Assembly (NCBI GenBank): GCA_951406725.2
Contig: OX597828.1
Coordinates: 12,648,001 to 12,712,000 of the forward strand
Origin: Octopus vulgaris
Taxonomy: Eukaryota
DNA length: 64,000 bases
Direction of reading: 5' to 3'
Shown here piece after piece: positions 25,900 to 40,623 of this stretch. Position 1 is the stretch's first letter, and every line of letters starts with the position of its first letter. Both the position numbers and the translations under genes were made by a program. The notes under the pieces were generated by a model, which searched no databases, was not told the DNA's origin, and saw only the letters and a list, made by a program, of their open reading frames with translations.

Positions 25900-26199
25900 A
25901 GCAATCAACCAAACCACGGTGTTGTTCCTTTGGATGAGGTTGAGGATGTTTGTGTTCGGAGTATTAGCATCATTCCGGATGAGTTTCACATTATTAGTGA
26001 GGAATTATTCAAGACTCTTCATACAGTCACGAGATTAGAAATATTTACAGATTCTCATTATTTCAGAAAATATAGATGTGGTTAACGTAACGTTTGTTTA
26101 GAGGAGTGGGTTTTTATTGTTGTTGTTCTTTAAATAGAAGAAAAGTGTGTGTGTTGCCTGTCTATATGTATGCATATATTCATGAATCTGTCTATCTAT

Positions 26200-27270
<1,071 letters not shown>

Positions 27271-27774
27271 TGTTGGAAGCTATTTTACCCCAAGGTTAAC
27301 CTCGGTCGAACATACCTATCATGAAAGGCATTCGAAACGTGACCATCATGGGTTTTATTTAGATTAAGGACTCCATTATCTAATGTATTTTTTTAAGATT
27401 GCAAAGTGTGATTTTAAAAGCGATTTAGCTGCTATTTCTAGCAAACTCGTGAGACTGCACAGCGAGTTCCTAGTTTAGTTTCTAAGGGACAGTACCACAA
27501 AAGGGGAAACAGAGATGTAATCGATTAAAGCAACGATTCAGCAGAGCCGTTGGAGAGCGTTAGATGTAATACCTTGCATTATTTATTCCCGCTCTCTGCG
27601 CTCTGAGTTCAAATCCTGCCGAGGTCCACTTTGACTTTCATCTTTACGCGGTCAATAAATATAGTATCAGTTCAGAACAGTAGATTGGGGAGAATATTTG
27701 AGCAGCTGACGATGTCTCTTCATGTTCTGAGTTCGAATTTCACCAGAGTATCAATGGTCCGATCTAATCACCTG

Positions 27775-28085
27775 ACCATGGGAACACCACACAGCAGCTG
27801 CAACTGGCCAGCATGAACAGATAGACCTACAATCAGCATATATAATCCATGGACAAAGGTTCCCCCAACAGACAAAGGGTTCGAAAGTTGCTGAATGGAA
27901 TACCTGATTTAATTTACACACGAAACCAACAAGACCAGGGAGAGGAAAGCCTTCCTTCAAGAAAACACGTGACATGGCGCAGCAAAATTCAAAAGGAATC
28001 TGCACAAAACATCAAGGATCTAATAGGAGAGAAGTAGAAGACAGCCCAGAGTGAAGAAAAGGAGTTGATAGCCCCTGCTCCGTAG
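27775..28085 (+). mobile_element. very decayed RTE-like 3' fragment
   Basis: Traces of WTK..EW.P..GRP..W motifs across frames. Confidence 0.35.
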
Positions 28086-28460
28086 TACAGTACATTTTTG
28101 TGCATCATGCGTATTATTTATGGGTGTATACATCTTTGCATCTGTCTGTATGCTAATGTGTTTGCGCTCTCATAACTAACTATAGCGTATGAGTACGTGC
28201 GTGCATCTGTGTTTGTGTGTGTGTGTGTGTGTATGTGTGTGTGTGTGTGCGCGCGCGCATACGTGCGTGTGTGTGCGTGTGGGTGCATGTGTGTGTGAAT
28301 GAATTTCTGCATGCCTTTACGCTAAAACGTAAACTCTTGGCTCTGTGGATATGGCAACTTCTCTGTGTAGCTGAACTTCAAAACATCAAAACATATTCTG
28401 CATATGTACAGAAATACATAAAACACAAACACATGCCTTGAAATTGCATGCACATGTTCA

Positions 28461-28498
<38 letters not shown>

Positions 28499-29055
28499 GC
28501 ATGAACATACATGCAAACAAACAAGCATGCATACAGATGTGCGCACATTATAAAGTCGGTTTGTTTAACCTTCCACTAAATACTGCACACAGGAGCTGAC
28601 GTTTTAATGTGTAAATGATGTCAAGCTAAAAATAGCTCTTTTCAATATTTCGTATACCGTTCTCATTTTTCACGTCAGTATCTTCCTTATCTACCAACAG
28701 ACAACTTAGAGTTCTTTCTTTCTCAGTTCCGTCATCACGGATAGAATTTCTATCAGAAACACATAGAACATTTTCTCCTGCCAGCCGCTTTCTTGATATA
28801 TATAATTAGGTTAATCTCTTTCTCAACAACAAGATTCTGTTAGATAATTCAAATAATATGAGGTTGCTATGACATTGAGTTGATATAACACTTGAATCTT
28901 TGTCACCTCCTGGATAGGCTGTCAGTACATCATTGGTAACTTCCCTCCGAATAAAACGTCTTCTGTTCCCTTTTGAAGGCATAGTTTTAGAAGGATGCAA
29001 ATGACAATGAAACCTATAGGATTGTGGTTGTAACTGTTGTTGTTGTTGCTGCTGC

Positions 29056-29113
<58 letters not shown>

Positions 29114-29516
29114 ATGGTTGTTACCGTTGTAATTATCGATGCTCATTTTGCTCTTACTTTTGGGGTTAGTTACAATTCTTGCTGCTACTGCTGTTGTTGT
29201 TGACGATGATGATGATGATGATGATGATAATGATGATGATGACGATAATGACGACGACGACGACGACGACGATGATGATGATGATGATGATTATGATGAT
29301 GTTACCGTGATGATGTTACTGTGATTGTTTTTGTTATTCATCTTGTTGTTGTTGTTGTGGTTATTACTGCAGATTCTGTTGGTGTCAACTGCTGCTGTTG
29401 TTGGATTATGTAGCTTTGGGTGCCTAGGAAAAATATGGGATGGCCATTGCTGGTAAGCACTCGAATACAAAGCTTCTCGATCAGGGCTCTTAAGAAGAAC
29501 AAGAACAAGAACAACA

Positions 29517-29554
<38 letters not shown>

Positions 29555-29819
29555 AGCAGCAGCAGCAACTGTACAATTAGTGAGGAACCGTCTGCAATGG
29601 TGCTTTAAGACCTGTTTGAAATATCGGCGAAATTGGATAATATTGTCCTCAATGACATCCAAAATAAACCGAATATTAAAAGCTGGAGTATCATTAATCG
29701 TAGGTCTCCTTAATAACGATTGACCTTAAGTTAAGAAAACAACAACTACAACAATAATAAAAATGGTAAAATTTGGACATTATTGCTTCGAGTCCTTGAA
29801 GTCCTAAGGCTGGTCGTCC

Positions 29820-30040
29820 ATATAAATATACGTGGCATATAAATGACCGAGATCACAACCCTCCCGCTGAAGTGGACATCTGTCGGTCAAAAGATTGGTC
29901 GTTTACAAGTGAGTGCAGCGGAGCGGAGCAACAGGAAATGAAGTGTATTGCTCAATAACACAACGTACCCGGTCCAGGAGCGAAACCACGATTTCACGAA
30001 CGTGAATGCAACACCTTAACCACTAGGCCACGCGCCTTCA
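29820..30040 (-). mobile_element. CORE-type tRNA SINE variant
   Basis: Minus strand gaaggcgcgtggcctagtggttaagg..tgtgttattgagcaatacacttc. Confidence 0.7.
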
Positions 30041-30680
30041 CAACAATATAAACTATACTAAGATACTCAGGGTAGTGGAAAGACGCAGCATGTTTAGCCT
30101 GCAATATTTCTCTTACGAGATAAACCACTGTATGCTCGGATGTGCTATGAGATCCTCGGTGGGTGAAGGCACAGTACATAGTGAACAATGAATTTGTAGC
30201 GCGCGGGCAGATAGTAACCTTTTCGGCCAGTATTCGTTTTCCCAGCGGAACATCCAGGATATTATAGCTACAGAAAGAGAAAAGGTTCAATCATATCTCG
30301 GCTGGCACTGATTGACTGGAGCAATGATACAGGAAGTGCTTCGCTCAAGACCTCAACGTATCGCTTGGCCTACGAATCGAAACTTCTGCTCATGATCGAG
30401 ATCCCAGCACCGAGGTACTTAAGATGGAGAATGTAGTGTAAAATATTCAAGTTATGTTATTGAAGCAATGATACACATAGGATAAGCTCTTTCCAGCTGT
30501 CCCTCATAAAAGTTTATATCAAATTATGTAAGTCACCTGTTTCTCGTAAGAAATCATGTTTAAAACATATTAAATTCTGATTTGCAATTTGCATTTATTT
30601 GTATACCTTAGGCACGCATGTATTCCTTGCATCCATGCAGGAAACACTTTAGTATGTGCATACATACATACAGTACTCAT

Positions 30681-30725
<45 letters not shown>

Positions 30726-31009
30726 CGCACGCATGTATGTATATATGAATGAATGATATTCATATATCTATGTATGAATGATATTATATAGCCTTGAGCT
30801 GCTAGAATCTCAACGACCACCATCACGCCCACACTGCATTTACAAATATTGCTAGCACTAGCAACATCATCATTCGAACAGCAATAACATCCCAATGTTT
30901 TGAGACTCTTTCTTCAGTAAAGTGACCAGCTCTTTCTCGAAAATACAAACAAACAAAGCGTATGTGTTTGCATGCACATGTGTGTATATATACGTATGCT
31001 GGTACCTAC

Positions 31010-31480
31010 ATAAATATTAGACAAGATTTGGCAGTCATCGCTCCTGAGAAGACAAAAAGTCATGTTCTTCAAAGCAACGTTTGTAAGTGCATTACTTTAC
31101 GAATCCGAAACTTGGACTCTGACAAAAACGTTGCGGGAACGACCAGACCGGTGCTACACCCGTTTACTCCGTACGCACTAAAGATCAAACGGAAACAGAG
31201 AGTCACCAATAGAGACCGCTACAGGGACTTTCACCTGATATCAGTGGTGGTCAGAATCAGGAGACTCCGTTTTGCTAGACACTGCTATCGGGTCGAGAAC
31301 AAATGTATCAAGGGTGTGTTACTCTGGGAACCAGCGCGTGACCACGGGGGCAGAGGTTGACCGGCTACAGCATATGTTGATAAACTAGTGATCTAGTGAT
31401 CGACAGCGTTTATCAGTTCCCGAGTTCAAGTCAGCAATGGAGGACGGGGACTACTGGCGGAACGTCTGTGCAGATCAAGG
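31010..31480 (+). mobile_element. RTE/RTE-X 3' fragment
   Basis: IRRLRFARHCYR..VLLWEP..GRG*PATAYVD. Confidence 0.8.
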
Positions 31481-31513
31481 AACTTGATCTAAGAAAGAAA
31501 AAAATATAATTAA

Positions 31514-31801
31514 TTGTTCTCTCTCTATCCGCTCAGTCGAAGTCGACTCTCGGTCACTCGTTGGATCAGTGTCCTCCAGTCAGTTCTATCCTGGGCCGCT
31601 TCTTTCAGATTGGCTATGTCCATTCCGATATCACTCTTGATGGTGTCAAGCCAGCAGGTTCTTGGTCGGCCTCTTCGTCTCTTGCCACTGACCATTCCGA
31701 GCAGGATGTCCTTCTCCAGGGATTTTCTCCGCATGATATGACCGAAATATGCCAATCTATGCTTGGTGATCCTAGCTTCTAGCGACATTTTCGGCCTTAT
31801 C
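31514..31801 (-). mobile_element. RTE-BovB-like LINE 3' end, open frame
   Basis: RLAYFGHIMRRKSLEKDILLGMVSGKRRRGRPRTCWLDTI..W...V.ESRLRL* followed by an (AG)n tail. Confidence 0.92.
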
Positions 31802-32264
31802 TGGTGGTCGTTGAGATTCTAGCAGCTCAAGGCTATATAATATCATTCATACATAGATATATGAATATCATTCATTCATATATACATACATATGTGCGTG
31901 TGTGTGTGTATGTGTGTGAGAGTACGGTATGTATGGATGCACATACTAAAGCGTTTCCTGTATGAACGCAAGGAATGCATGCATGCCTAAGGTATACAAG
32001 CAAATGCAATAGCTAAACAATATTGTTGTTTAGCCCCAGGAAACATCGTTTCCAGCTGGTTATACGACACAATATCTGTGTCCCTATATTTTCGAATAGG
32101 GAGTCCAGCACTCCCATCCAACACAAGCTGCTTGGCTAAGTGGCGTTGCTGAACTCACCGTTCGAAAATATATAGTTTTCAAAGTGACACACAGTCACTG
32201 ATCTAGTTGCAGAATATCTCTCTTTGAGAGATTTAGAAATAATAATGTTCCTATTTATATAATA

Positions 32265-32660
32265 CTAGCAGTATCGCCCGGCGTTGCTCGGGTTTGTAAG
32301 GGAAATAACTATATAAGCATTTTTAGAGAGTTATAGCCAAAAAATAGCAAAAAAATGCATTGAAAATGGAAAAAAAATGATGGTAATTTTTTTTTTAAAT
32401 CGTTGACTCATCGTAGACATTTTTAGAGAGTTACTTCCCTTATATAATAGCGAAAAAATGCATTAAAATGGAAAAAATTATGGTAAATTTTTTTTAAATC
32501 GTAGACTCATCGTAGACGCGCGCTAATACCCAGAAGGGCTCGATATGAATCACGACTATAAGATACCCGGTTTTGGTTAAACTGCACCGCAAAATGTGGG
32601 AGTAGTTAGGAATCTAAATCGTAGGAGACAGACACACAACTTGACTTTTATATATAAAGA
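32265..32660 (-). mobile_element. non-autonomous Helitron
   Basis: 5' TC, subterminal hairpin cccgagcaacgccggg, 3' CTAG, inserted between A and T. Confidence 0.92.
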
Positions 32661-32730
32661 TTATTGTTATTAATAATATATTTATGAAAAATATACAAAT
32701 GAGAAGAAATTTTAATCAATTTCAATTTAC

Positions 32731-32785
<55 letters not shown>

Positions 32786-33419
32786 AAAATTTACATCGAT
32801 TGCAATATTTTGTATCAGCACCATGAATTTTTAACACTTTTTTTACTATTGTTTCGTCTATTGTGTGTGTGTGTGCGCGCGTGCGTGCGTGTGTGTGTGT
32901 GTGTGTGCGCGCGCACTTGCGTGTGTGTGTGTGTTTGTGTGTGTGTGTACAGGCCTTTTTCTTGATCCCTTAAAATCAATATTTTGCATCCGATTTCTTT
33001 CACGCTGGGAACATACATCACTTATTTTCCAGAGATGGTCATAGACTCTTCAGATTTTCCACATAATGAGTAACGCCGCCCCTAGGGAAAGAAAACACCC
33101 TCTTATAGGTAAATAAAAAATACCACCGATCGTTGCTTCAAGGGCCATTTACTCTTGATGACTATGCTAGTTTCACTTCGTCTTCTAGTACAGTTTTTAC
33201 AATACCCATTCACTACAACCCCCACCCCCGATATTTGCACATTAGCACTTCCTTGAGGTAGCCATGCAATTTAAATCAACTTTTAATTATTTTTAAATGC
33301 CTTCAGAAATTAATCCGTATTATATATATTCTCTGCTTTTACTCATACAAAGTTGTGACAGCTATACAGTTTTTACAATTCCCATTCACTGCAAACTGCT
33401 GATTTTTGCAAGTTAACAC

Positions 33420-34358
33420 AGGGCTGTCCTTGCACCTACAAATGCAGTTGTCACCACTCTTAACTACGACTTACTCAGTAAACTACCTTCTCAAGAATGT
33501 TGTTACAGATCAGTTGACACCGTTACCGACATCGATCAGGTTACACACTTTCCAACAGAATTTCTCAAATCCCAACATCTTCCACGACTCCCTCCCTATG
33601 AACTTCACTTAAAAGTCGGTTGCCCTGTCATCCTTCTACGCAATTAGAACGCACCCACACTATGCAATGGAACTCGCCCTGTGGTCAAACAAATAATGGA
33701 CTACGTCACTGACGCCAAAATTATCAGGGGTCACGGAAAAAAACGATACCGTTTTTATTCCGAAAATTATGTTAACCCCACCAGACTGCCCCTACCGTAT
33801 GTGGAGACTGCAGTTCCCAGTCAACCCAACTTTACCATGACAATAAACAAAGCACAAGATAAATCACTGAAAGCTGTCGGATTGGACCTTCGAACGTCAT
33901 GCTTTTCCCATGGACAGTTCTACGTTGGTTGTTCCAGAGTTGATCATCGAGACGCATGGCCCAGTGGTTAGAGTGTCGATCTTCCGATCGTGAAATTGTG
34001 TGTTCGAATCCCAGACTGGGCTGTGTGTTGTGTTCTTGAGCAAGACACTTTATTTCACGTTGCTCCAGTTAACTCAGCTGTAGAAATGAGTTGCGACTTC
34101 ACAGGTGCCAAGCTGTATCGGCCCCTTTTCCTTTCCCTTGGATAACACTGGTGGCGTGGAGAGAGGAGGCCGGTATACATGGGTGACTGCTGGTCTTCCA
34201 TAAAACAACTTTGCCAGGACTTGTGCCTGGGAGGGCAACTTTCTAGGTGCAATCCCAATCCCATAATAATAAGGGGGTCTCAGCAGAACATCGAGACATT
34301 CATTTATACTCCCGAAGGAAACACCAAAAATGACGTCTACAAAGCAGCCCTACAGTAG
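33420..34358 (+). mobile_element. Helitron PIF1-family helicase C-terminal remnant (interrupted by a SINE)
   Basis: FPTEFL..LPPYELHLKVGCPVILLRN..LCNGTR..QFPV..MTINKAQDKSL..FSHGQFYVGCSRV..TKNDVYKAAL*. Confidence 0.92.
33948..34285 (+). mobile_element. CORE-type tRNA SINE
   Basis: tRNA head plus tgtgttcttgagcaagacactttatttcacgttgctccag; catcgagac on both sides is a possible TSD. Confidence 0.88.
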
Positions 34359-34965
34359 CTACTCCTCTACTACAATCTTCACATCTACACCAAACTGTAG
34401 CCATTAGCAATCAGACTCCCTTGAAGCATTTCACTGATATTTTGCTTCATTTCCAAGATTGGTGTTAACAGTACATTTCCTTCAATGACCCATCTTACTT
34501 CACGCACGCTGTTCGCTCATAAGCGTGCTCTGACATTTATTTTTGTACATGCCATTATTCTATTTGTGTGTTTGCTATAAATGTTTGCTTTTGATTATCT
34601 TACATGATTTTCATTGGAAAAAAAGCTTCAATGCGGTTTTGTCAGGCATCACGGATAAAATAACTACATGCTACAAAAGGCTTTCAGGAAGACATAGGGT
34701 TCCTAATGCCTGCTGCAATTGCGATCTCATTTCATGGAGTTTCATTTATTACTAACTGCCAAATTTGTGTTCAAAAATTTGTCTTCATTACCTAGGTTGC
34801 TTAATACCATATAATAAACTGCTAACGAAATTGGTAATTATACATTTTACGTTTATCAACTTGAAACGACTTCTAACTGCGGTTTAATTCAACTTAAACC
34901 GTCCAAAGTAGTGCGCCATTATAATAAATTACACCGTCCAAAGGACGGGAACGTTTGCTAGTATA

Positions 34966-35044
<79 letters not shown>

Positions 35045-35093
35045 ACATTACATTGTATGTGTGTATATATATATAACATTACATTTATCAGTG

Positions 35094-35135
<42 letters not shown>

Positions 35136-35737
35136 GATACACACACACTCACATATATATATATATATATATATATACTAATATATCTGTTTATGTAAAT
35201 GCGAGTGTGTGCGCGCGAACGTGTTTGTGTGGGAGTGTGGGGGCGTGGGTGGGTGTTACAAAACTAAACGAAGACGATTGATGAACTGCTAATTAAATGA
35301 GAATTCACAAGTTTTACACTCCATAGAATATACATTACTACCTGAGCAGAAGTATTTCTTATTGCTATATTGGTCAATTGGTCAAATTGGTTAGTTGGTC
35401 AATGTATTTGATGCTGTACATATTTCGGATCTTCCTGAACTCGTTTCCACCTCGTTTAAGGAGATTAGTGTGGGAGCATTTTATTTTTGACGCCGATTTA
35501 ATCTTTACAGCTGTATCGCGACGTCGTTATCGTAATCATCATCGTCGGCGTCGTTGTTTAGACTCAAGTCAATACAGATCTAGTGAACCCGACTAATGGC
35601 ATTCCAACTATGACCATCCTGGTTGAGAAACATATGAACATATGTGTGTGGATGTGTACATATGTATTATACATAAGGGATTATACACATGTATCTATGT
35701 AAATGTATTCATTCACACAGACGTATATACGTGTGTG

Positions 35738-35790
<53 letters not shown>

Positions 35791-35792
<2 letters not shown>

Positions 35793-35845
35793 GCTTAGTA
35801 AAATAAATTACTTTTACTAAGTAAGTAATTTATTTTACTAAGCCC
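35791..35845. repeat. 23-bp perfect inverted repeat within (TA)n
   Basis: gggcttagtaaaataaattactt / aagtaatttattttactaagccc. Confidence 0.9.
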
Positions 35846-35979
35846 TTTTATATAATGTAATAATTTGAATTATATCCTTAAATGGTCCCTTTATATACTG
35901 AATACTTGGTGAAATTGATTAATAATTAATTAATTTTACCCTCAATTGTTGAAATTATATATATATATATGTATATATG

Positions 35980-36035
<56 letters not shown>

Positions 36036-36037
<2 letters not shown>

Positions 36038-36194
36038 GGAGTAAACACATAAATGTGAAACAAGGTGGAAAAAAGAGTACTCAAATACCAGTGGTAGAGT
36101 AATATGCTTTATTTAAAGCAAAAACTGTCCGATGAACGGCAACTCGAAACTCAGAGTAACAGGTTTTGTAGAATTTTCTGCTGCTTTAAATAAA

Positions 36195-36200
<6 letters not shown>
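36036..36200. mobile_element. miniature inverted PLE pseudo-LTR remnant with hammerhead-like motif (36121-36167)
   Basis: atatgctttatttaaagca / tgctttaaataaagtatat inverted arms; ctgt-CCGATGA-a..c-GAAA-ctcagag-TA-acag. Confidence 0.7.
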
Positions 36201-36249
<49 letters not shown>

Positions 36250-36318
36250 GATAGATAGATATATTAGTACACATATATATATAGATAGATAGATATATTA
36301 GTATATATATATATATAT

Positions 36319-36369
<51 letters not shown>

Positions 36370-38149
36370 ATATGCACGCATATATGTATGTATGCATGTA
36401 TGCATGTATGTATGTATGCATGTATGCATGTATGTATGTATATGATGGAGTTTGAACATTGCACCTATTTTATTTCAACCAGAAGCCCTTCTTATTCCAA
36501 CATGTATTAATTTCAATGTTAAACGCTCCTTCTTTGACCCTCAAGTATATTTTTGATCAGGGATATACTGTACTTATTGTATATGCATTCTGCACTACTT
36601 AAACACCAAGAGTGTAGCCTTAAAACTGCCTTTCTATTGCATCCTTGATCTTGAAGTTGACTCCCCTGTTCATCTCAACCAATATTTAAATCTATATTCG
36701 CTTATCAAACCACCATTATCTCCTGTTTAATCTTCACACCGGAGGTTATAACCCACTCAACTAATTCATTTTCTAAAATTTAAAATATTTCATATGCGAA
36801 ACCGTGGCGTATGTAGGTTACGCTAGCTTCATATTTGAATTATACAACTTTGAATATACTACACTTAAGAAAACTGTAGCTAAATGTCGTCGTTTTGGTG
36901 GGGGGGTGGGAGTTCCTAACCTTTTTACGACTACAAACCTTCAAAGTATTACCCACAATGTCCCTACACTCCCTTCGCCAGGCTATGGAAGTCATCATAA
37001 TCGTCACTATAATCGGTATTATTTAGGTGGTAGTACAACTTCAAAAGACACCAATGCTTTACATATGGATAACCAGAGACAGAACAGGAAGCAAAATCAT
37101 AAGAATTTCTCTATATTTATTTTCAGAAAACGATACAAGAGATCGAGTCCCATACCCACAGCCTTTGGTTCCCATATCCCTACGGGGTACGATTACTTCT
37201 CATTCCGGTTAAGAACCCCCGCAGTGTTAACTGAACTTCCCCGCCAAAACCAAGTGATATCTTATCTATAGTTATCATATTGCACTCTTCTTTCTGTATT
37301 TGCTTGTTTAATATCATATAACAGTGTTCTTACTTAGCACGTGCACACGTATTTTCATACGGTTATATTTGTATTCTTTTTTAATACTAAGATATCGTTT
37401 CACTTCTATATTTTTCAAATGTTATCCCTCAAATTGAAACATGTTCAAAACAAGCCAATGAGACATCCTTCTTTATAATATCACTCAACCTGCTAGAAAT
37501 AGCAGCTAGATCTCGTTGCTATCACAATTTAACGCTTAGATAGTGATATGAAGGTATGGTCACGGCTAGGCTTCTTTTACCTTGAGGTTGTTTCAGTAGA
37601 GTAGCTTGAGGTGAGGATGATAGGGGATAGCCACACCTGGATGGCACTTTTATGGTGGATGTGGAAATTTTGGGTCCACTGTAGAAACTTGTAAGGGGTG
37701 TGCGGCAAATTCAAGGGGTGCCTTGGGTGGCACACACTCTAGCCACACCACTGTGCTGTTCGATTGTGAATGATCAAGATACACTAGTCTAAAAAAAATG
37801 GCAGAATTGTTATATGTCTCTCTTTGAGGGAGTCCGTCAATTACGATGACGAGAGTTCCAGTTCATCCGATCAACGAACAGCCTGCTTGGGAAATCAACG
37901 TGCAAGTACCTGAGCATTCAACTGACATGCATACCTTTAAAAAAGTTCTCAGGCAGATTCAGCGTGACACAGGATGGGACAAGGCTAGCCCTTTGAATTG
38001 CAGTTACTGCTCATTTTTACCAGCTGGATCGACTAAAGCAACATGAAATAAAGTGAATTGCTGAAGGACAGAACGCTTTCGATCGTGAGCCAAATCTTCA
38101 ATCATAAGTCTGCGCGGCCGAATTTAATCTGGAGCTAAGCAACAGCAAC

Positions 38150-38582
38150 ATACTCTTTACTCTTTTACTCTTTTACATGTTTCAGTCATTTGACTGTGGC
38201 CCTGCTGGAGCACCGCCTTTAGTCAAGCAAATCGACCCCGGGACTTATTCTTTGTATGCCAAGTACTTATTCAATCGGTCTCTTTTGCCGAACCGCTAAG
38301 TTACAGGGACGTAAACACACCTCCATCGGTTGTCAAGCAATGTTGGGGTGAGGGGACAAACACAGACACACAAACATACACACACACATACACACACACA
38401 TACATATATGTACATATATACGACGGGCGTCTTTCAGTTTCTGTCTACCAAATCCACTCAAAAGGCTTTGGTCGGCCCGAGGCTATAGTAGAAGACACTT
38501 GCCCAAGCTGCCACGCAGTGGGAATGAACCCGGCACCATGTGGTTCGTAAGCAAGCTACTTACCACACAGCCACTCTTGCGC
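38150..38582 (-). mobile_element. SINE family 2, full length
   Basis: Complete head-to-tail match to 6939-7333; a CORE-type remnant is adjacent at 37830-38090. Confidence 0.9.
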
Positions 38583-39278
38583 ATGTTCAAATTTAATATG
38601 GTATGTACACTATCTTTTTTAATTTATTCGTATTCTATTCATTCTCCTCCGTTTTCCCATGCCCTGTTTTCATAGATTTGCTTGCTGCTCAAACAATCCT
38701 TCCCCCTTGGGCCTATTGTAACTTTAGAAAATTCCTAGCAAATGGTTTTTCCTAATTAGAAACAGAAATTCTAAAAAAACACGTTGTTCTTCCAAATCCT
38801 TTATTGTTCACTGAATGGAGTCCAAGGCCATCCTTACAAAACACTGCTGTCGCAAGCACATTGAGCCGCCAGGTTTGCGCGCTGTTTTAAAAGATCGGTT
38901 TCTTTATAGACAGACCTCGTACATTATGAAAATAATAAGCGACGAATTGGCAGAACTGTTAATGCCTCGGACAAAATGCTTGATGGCATTACTTCCAGCG
39001 ATTTACTTTCTAAGTTTAAATTCCGCCGAGGTCGACTTTGTCATTCGTCCTTCGGATGTCGATATAATAAGTACGAGCTGAAGACGGCGGGTGGTGGTGG
39101 TGGGTGGGGGGATAATGTAATCGACTAGCGCAAAGTAATCTTCCCTCAAAATTGCCTGGGAGCAATTTAATCTCCTCTCAACATTCCTGGTCTGAAGCCA
39201 AAATTTGAAACCATATCAGAAAGGAAAATATATGAGTCTTAATTGACTTCTTTTATTTATTTATTTATTTATTTATTT

Positions 39279-39692
39279 AATCAGATTTGGTTTCGTAGAA
39301 ATAAGGCGTAGGATGTGAATGAATTTAGATTCGAATAGTAGCGATGTGATTTGGGAAATTTTGTAAGATGCTGGATGAGATGGGATGGAATATGATATGA
39401 CATGCAATAGAAGATTATTTGGTGTAGCATGAATGGCGATGAATATTATATAATGGGATAATATAATATTCAAGTGAGAAATGAGAGATATCAGCAGCCT
39501 CCTGTCGACCCGACACACGAGGAAAGCTGAACGAGGTCGGTCAACCTGCTTGAAGGAAGGGAAGCGGTGGGGGAAGGCGGAGAAGAAGAAGAAGAAGAAG
39601 AAGAAGAAGAAGAAGAGGAGGAGGAGAAGGAGGAAGGTCGTGGAGGGGGAGAAAGGTGGTTGAAGAGAAGAGTAGTAGTAGTAGTAGTAGTA

Positions 39693-39739
<47 letters not shown>

Positions 39740-39785
39740 GGTGGTGGTGGTGGTGGTGGTGGTGGTGGTGGTGGTGGTGGTGGTG

Positions 39786-39838
<53 letters not shown>

Positions 39839-40059
39839 TGTAGAAGAAGAAATAGAATAAGAAGAAAAAGAAATAGAAGAAATAGAAGAAAAAGAAAAAG
39901 GAGAAGGAGAAGAAGAAGAAGAAGAAGAAGAAGAAGAAGAAGAAGAAGAAGAAGAAGAAGAAGAAGAACAAGAACAAGAACAAGAAGAACAAGAAGAAGA
40001 AGAACAACAACAACAACAACAAGAACAAGAACAAGAAGAACAAGAAGAACAAGAACAAC

Positions 40060-40092
<33 letters not shown>

Positions 40093-40623
40093 GACAACAA
40101 CAACGCGGACGTGTTAGAGGGTGCACTTGTATTCTGCTCTCATAGAATATTCTAAACATTGATGATAAAACTTCATGACGGCGGTGATGGGGATAATCGT
40201 AGTGTTGTTGCAGTTGCTATAGCTTAACCCTTCGATTTACACTGATTCATCCGGTTTGCTGTATTATCAAGGGCTACATTAGAAAAGGTGTCTCTTCCTC
40301 TTCGATATTTTAACGTGTGATTTCAGAGAGATTTAACTGTTAATTTTTAGCAGGTTGACCGACTACGTCAGGTTTTTCCCAGCGTGGATTGCTTGTGACA
40401 CTGATATCTTTCGCTTGAATATTATATTATATTATATTATATTATATTATATTATATTATATTATATTACATTATATTATATTATCTTGTTATATAATGT
40501 TCCTCGCTCTTCACGGTACACCAAGTAATAATATTCCATTGCACATCATATCATATTCCATCCCATCTCATTTCAACATCTCAACATCTCAACGCCTAAT
40601 TTCAGCGAAAACAAAATCTGATT
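39279..40623. repeat. diverged inverted repeat (arms 39279-39469 and ~40474-40623) enclosing a compound microsatellite
   Basis: aatcagattt, atgagatgggatggaatatgatatga, ttggtgta and attatataa blocks are colinear with the reverse complement of the right arm. Confidence 0.85.

Larger units (their letters stand above)
30589..32009. repeat. inverted duplication (arms 30589-30822 and 31802-32009)
   Basis: 30733-30822 is the exact reverse complement of 31802-31891; the outer parts are similar with many substitutions. Confidence 0.92.

Noticed and set aside
30607-30630. taggcacgc resembling the miR-124 seed region
   Set aside because: Only a partial match, no precursor hairpin, and it lies in an inverted-duplication arm.
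36804-37271. 155-aa ORF
   Set aside because: No recognisable domain; it overlaps what looks like a decayed hAT MITE (gggagttcctaacc..ggttaagaacccc).
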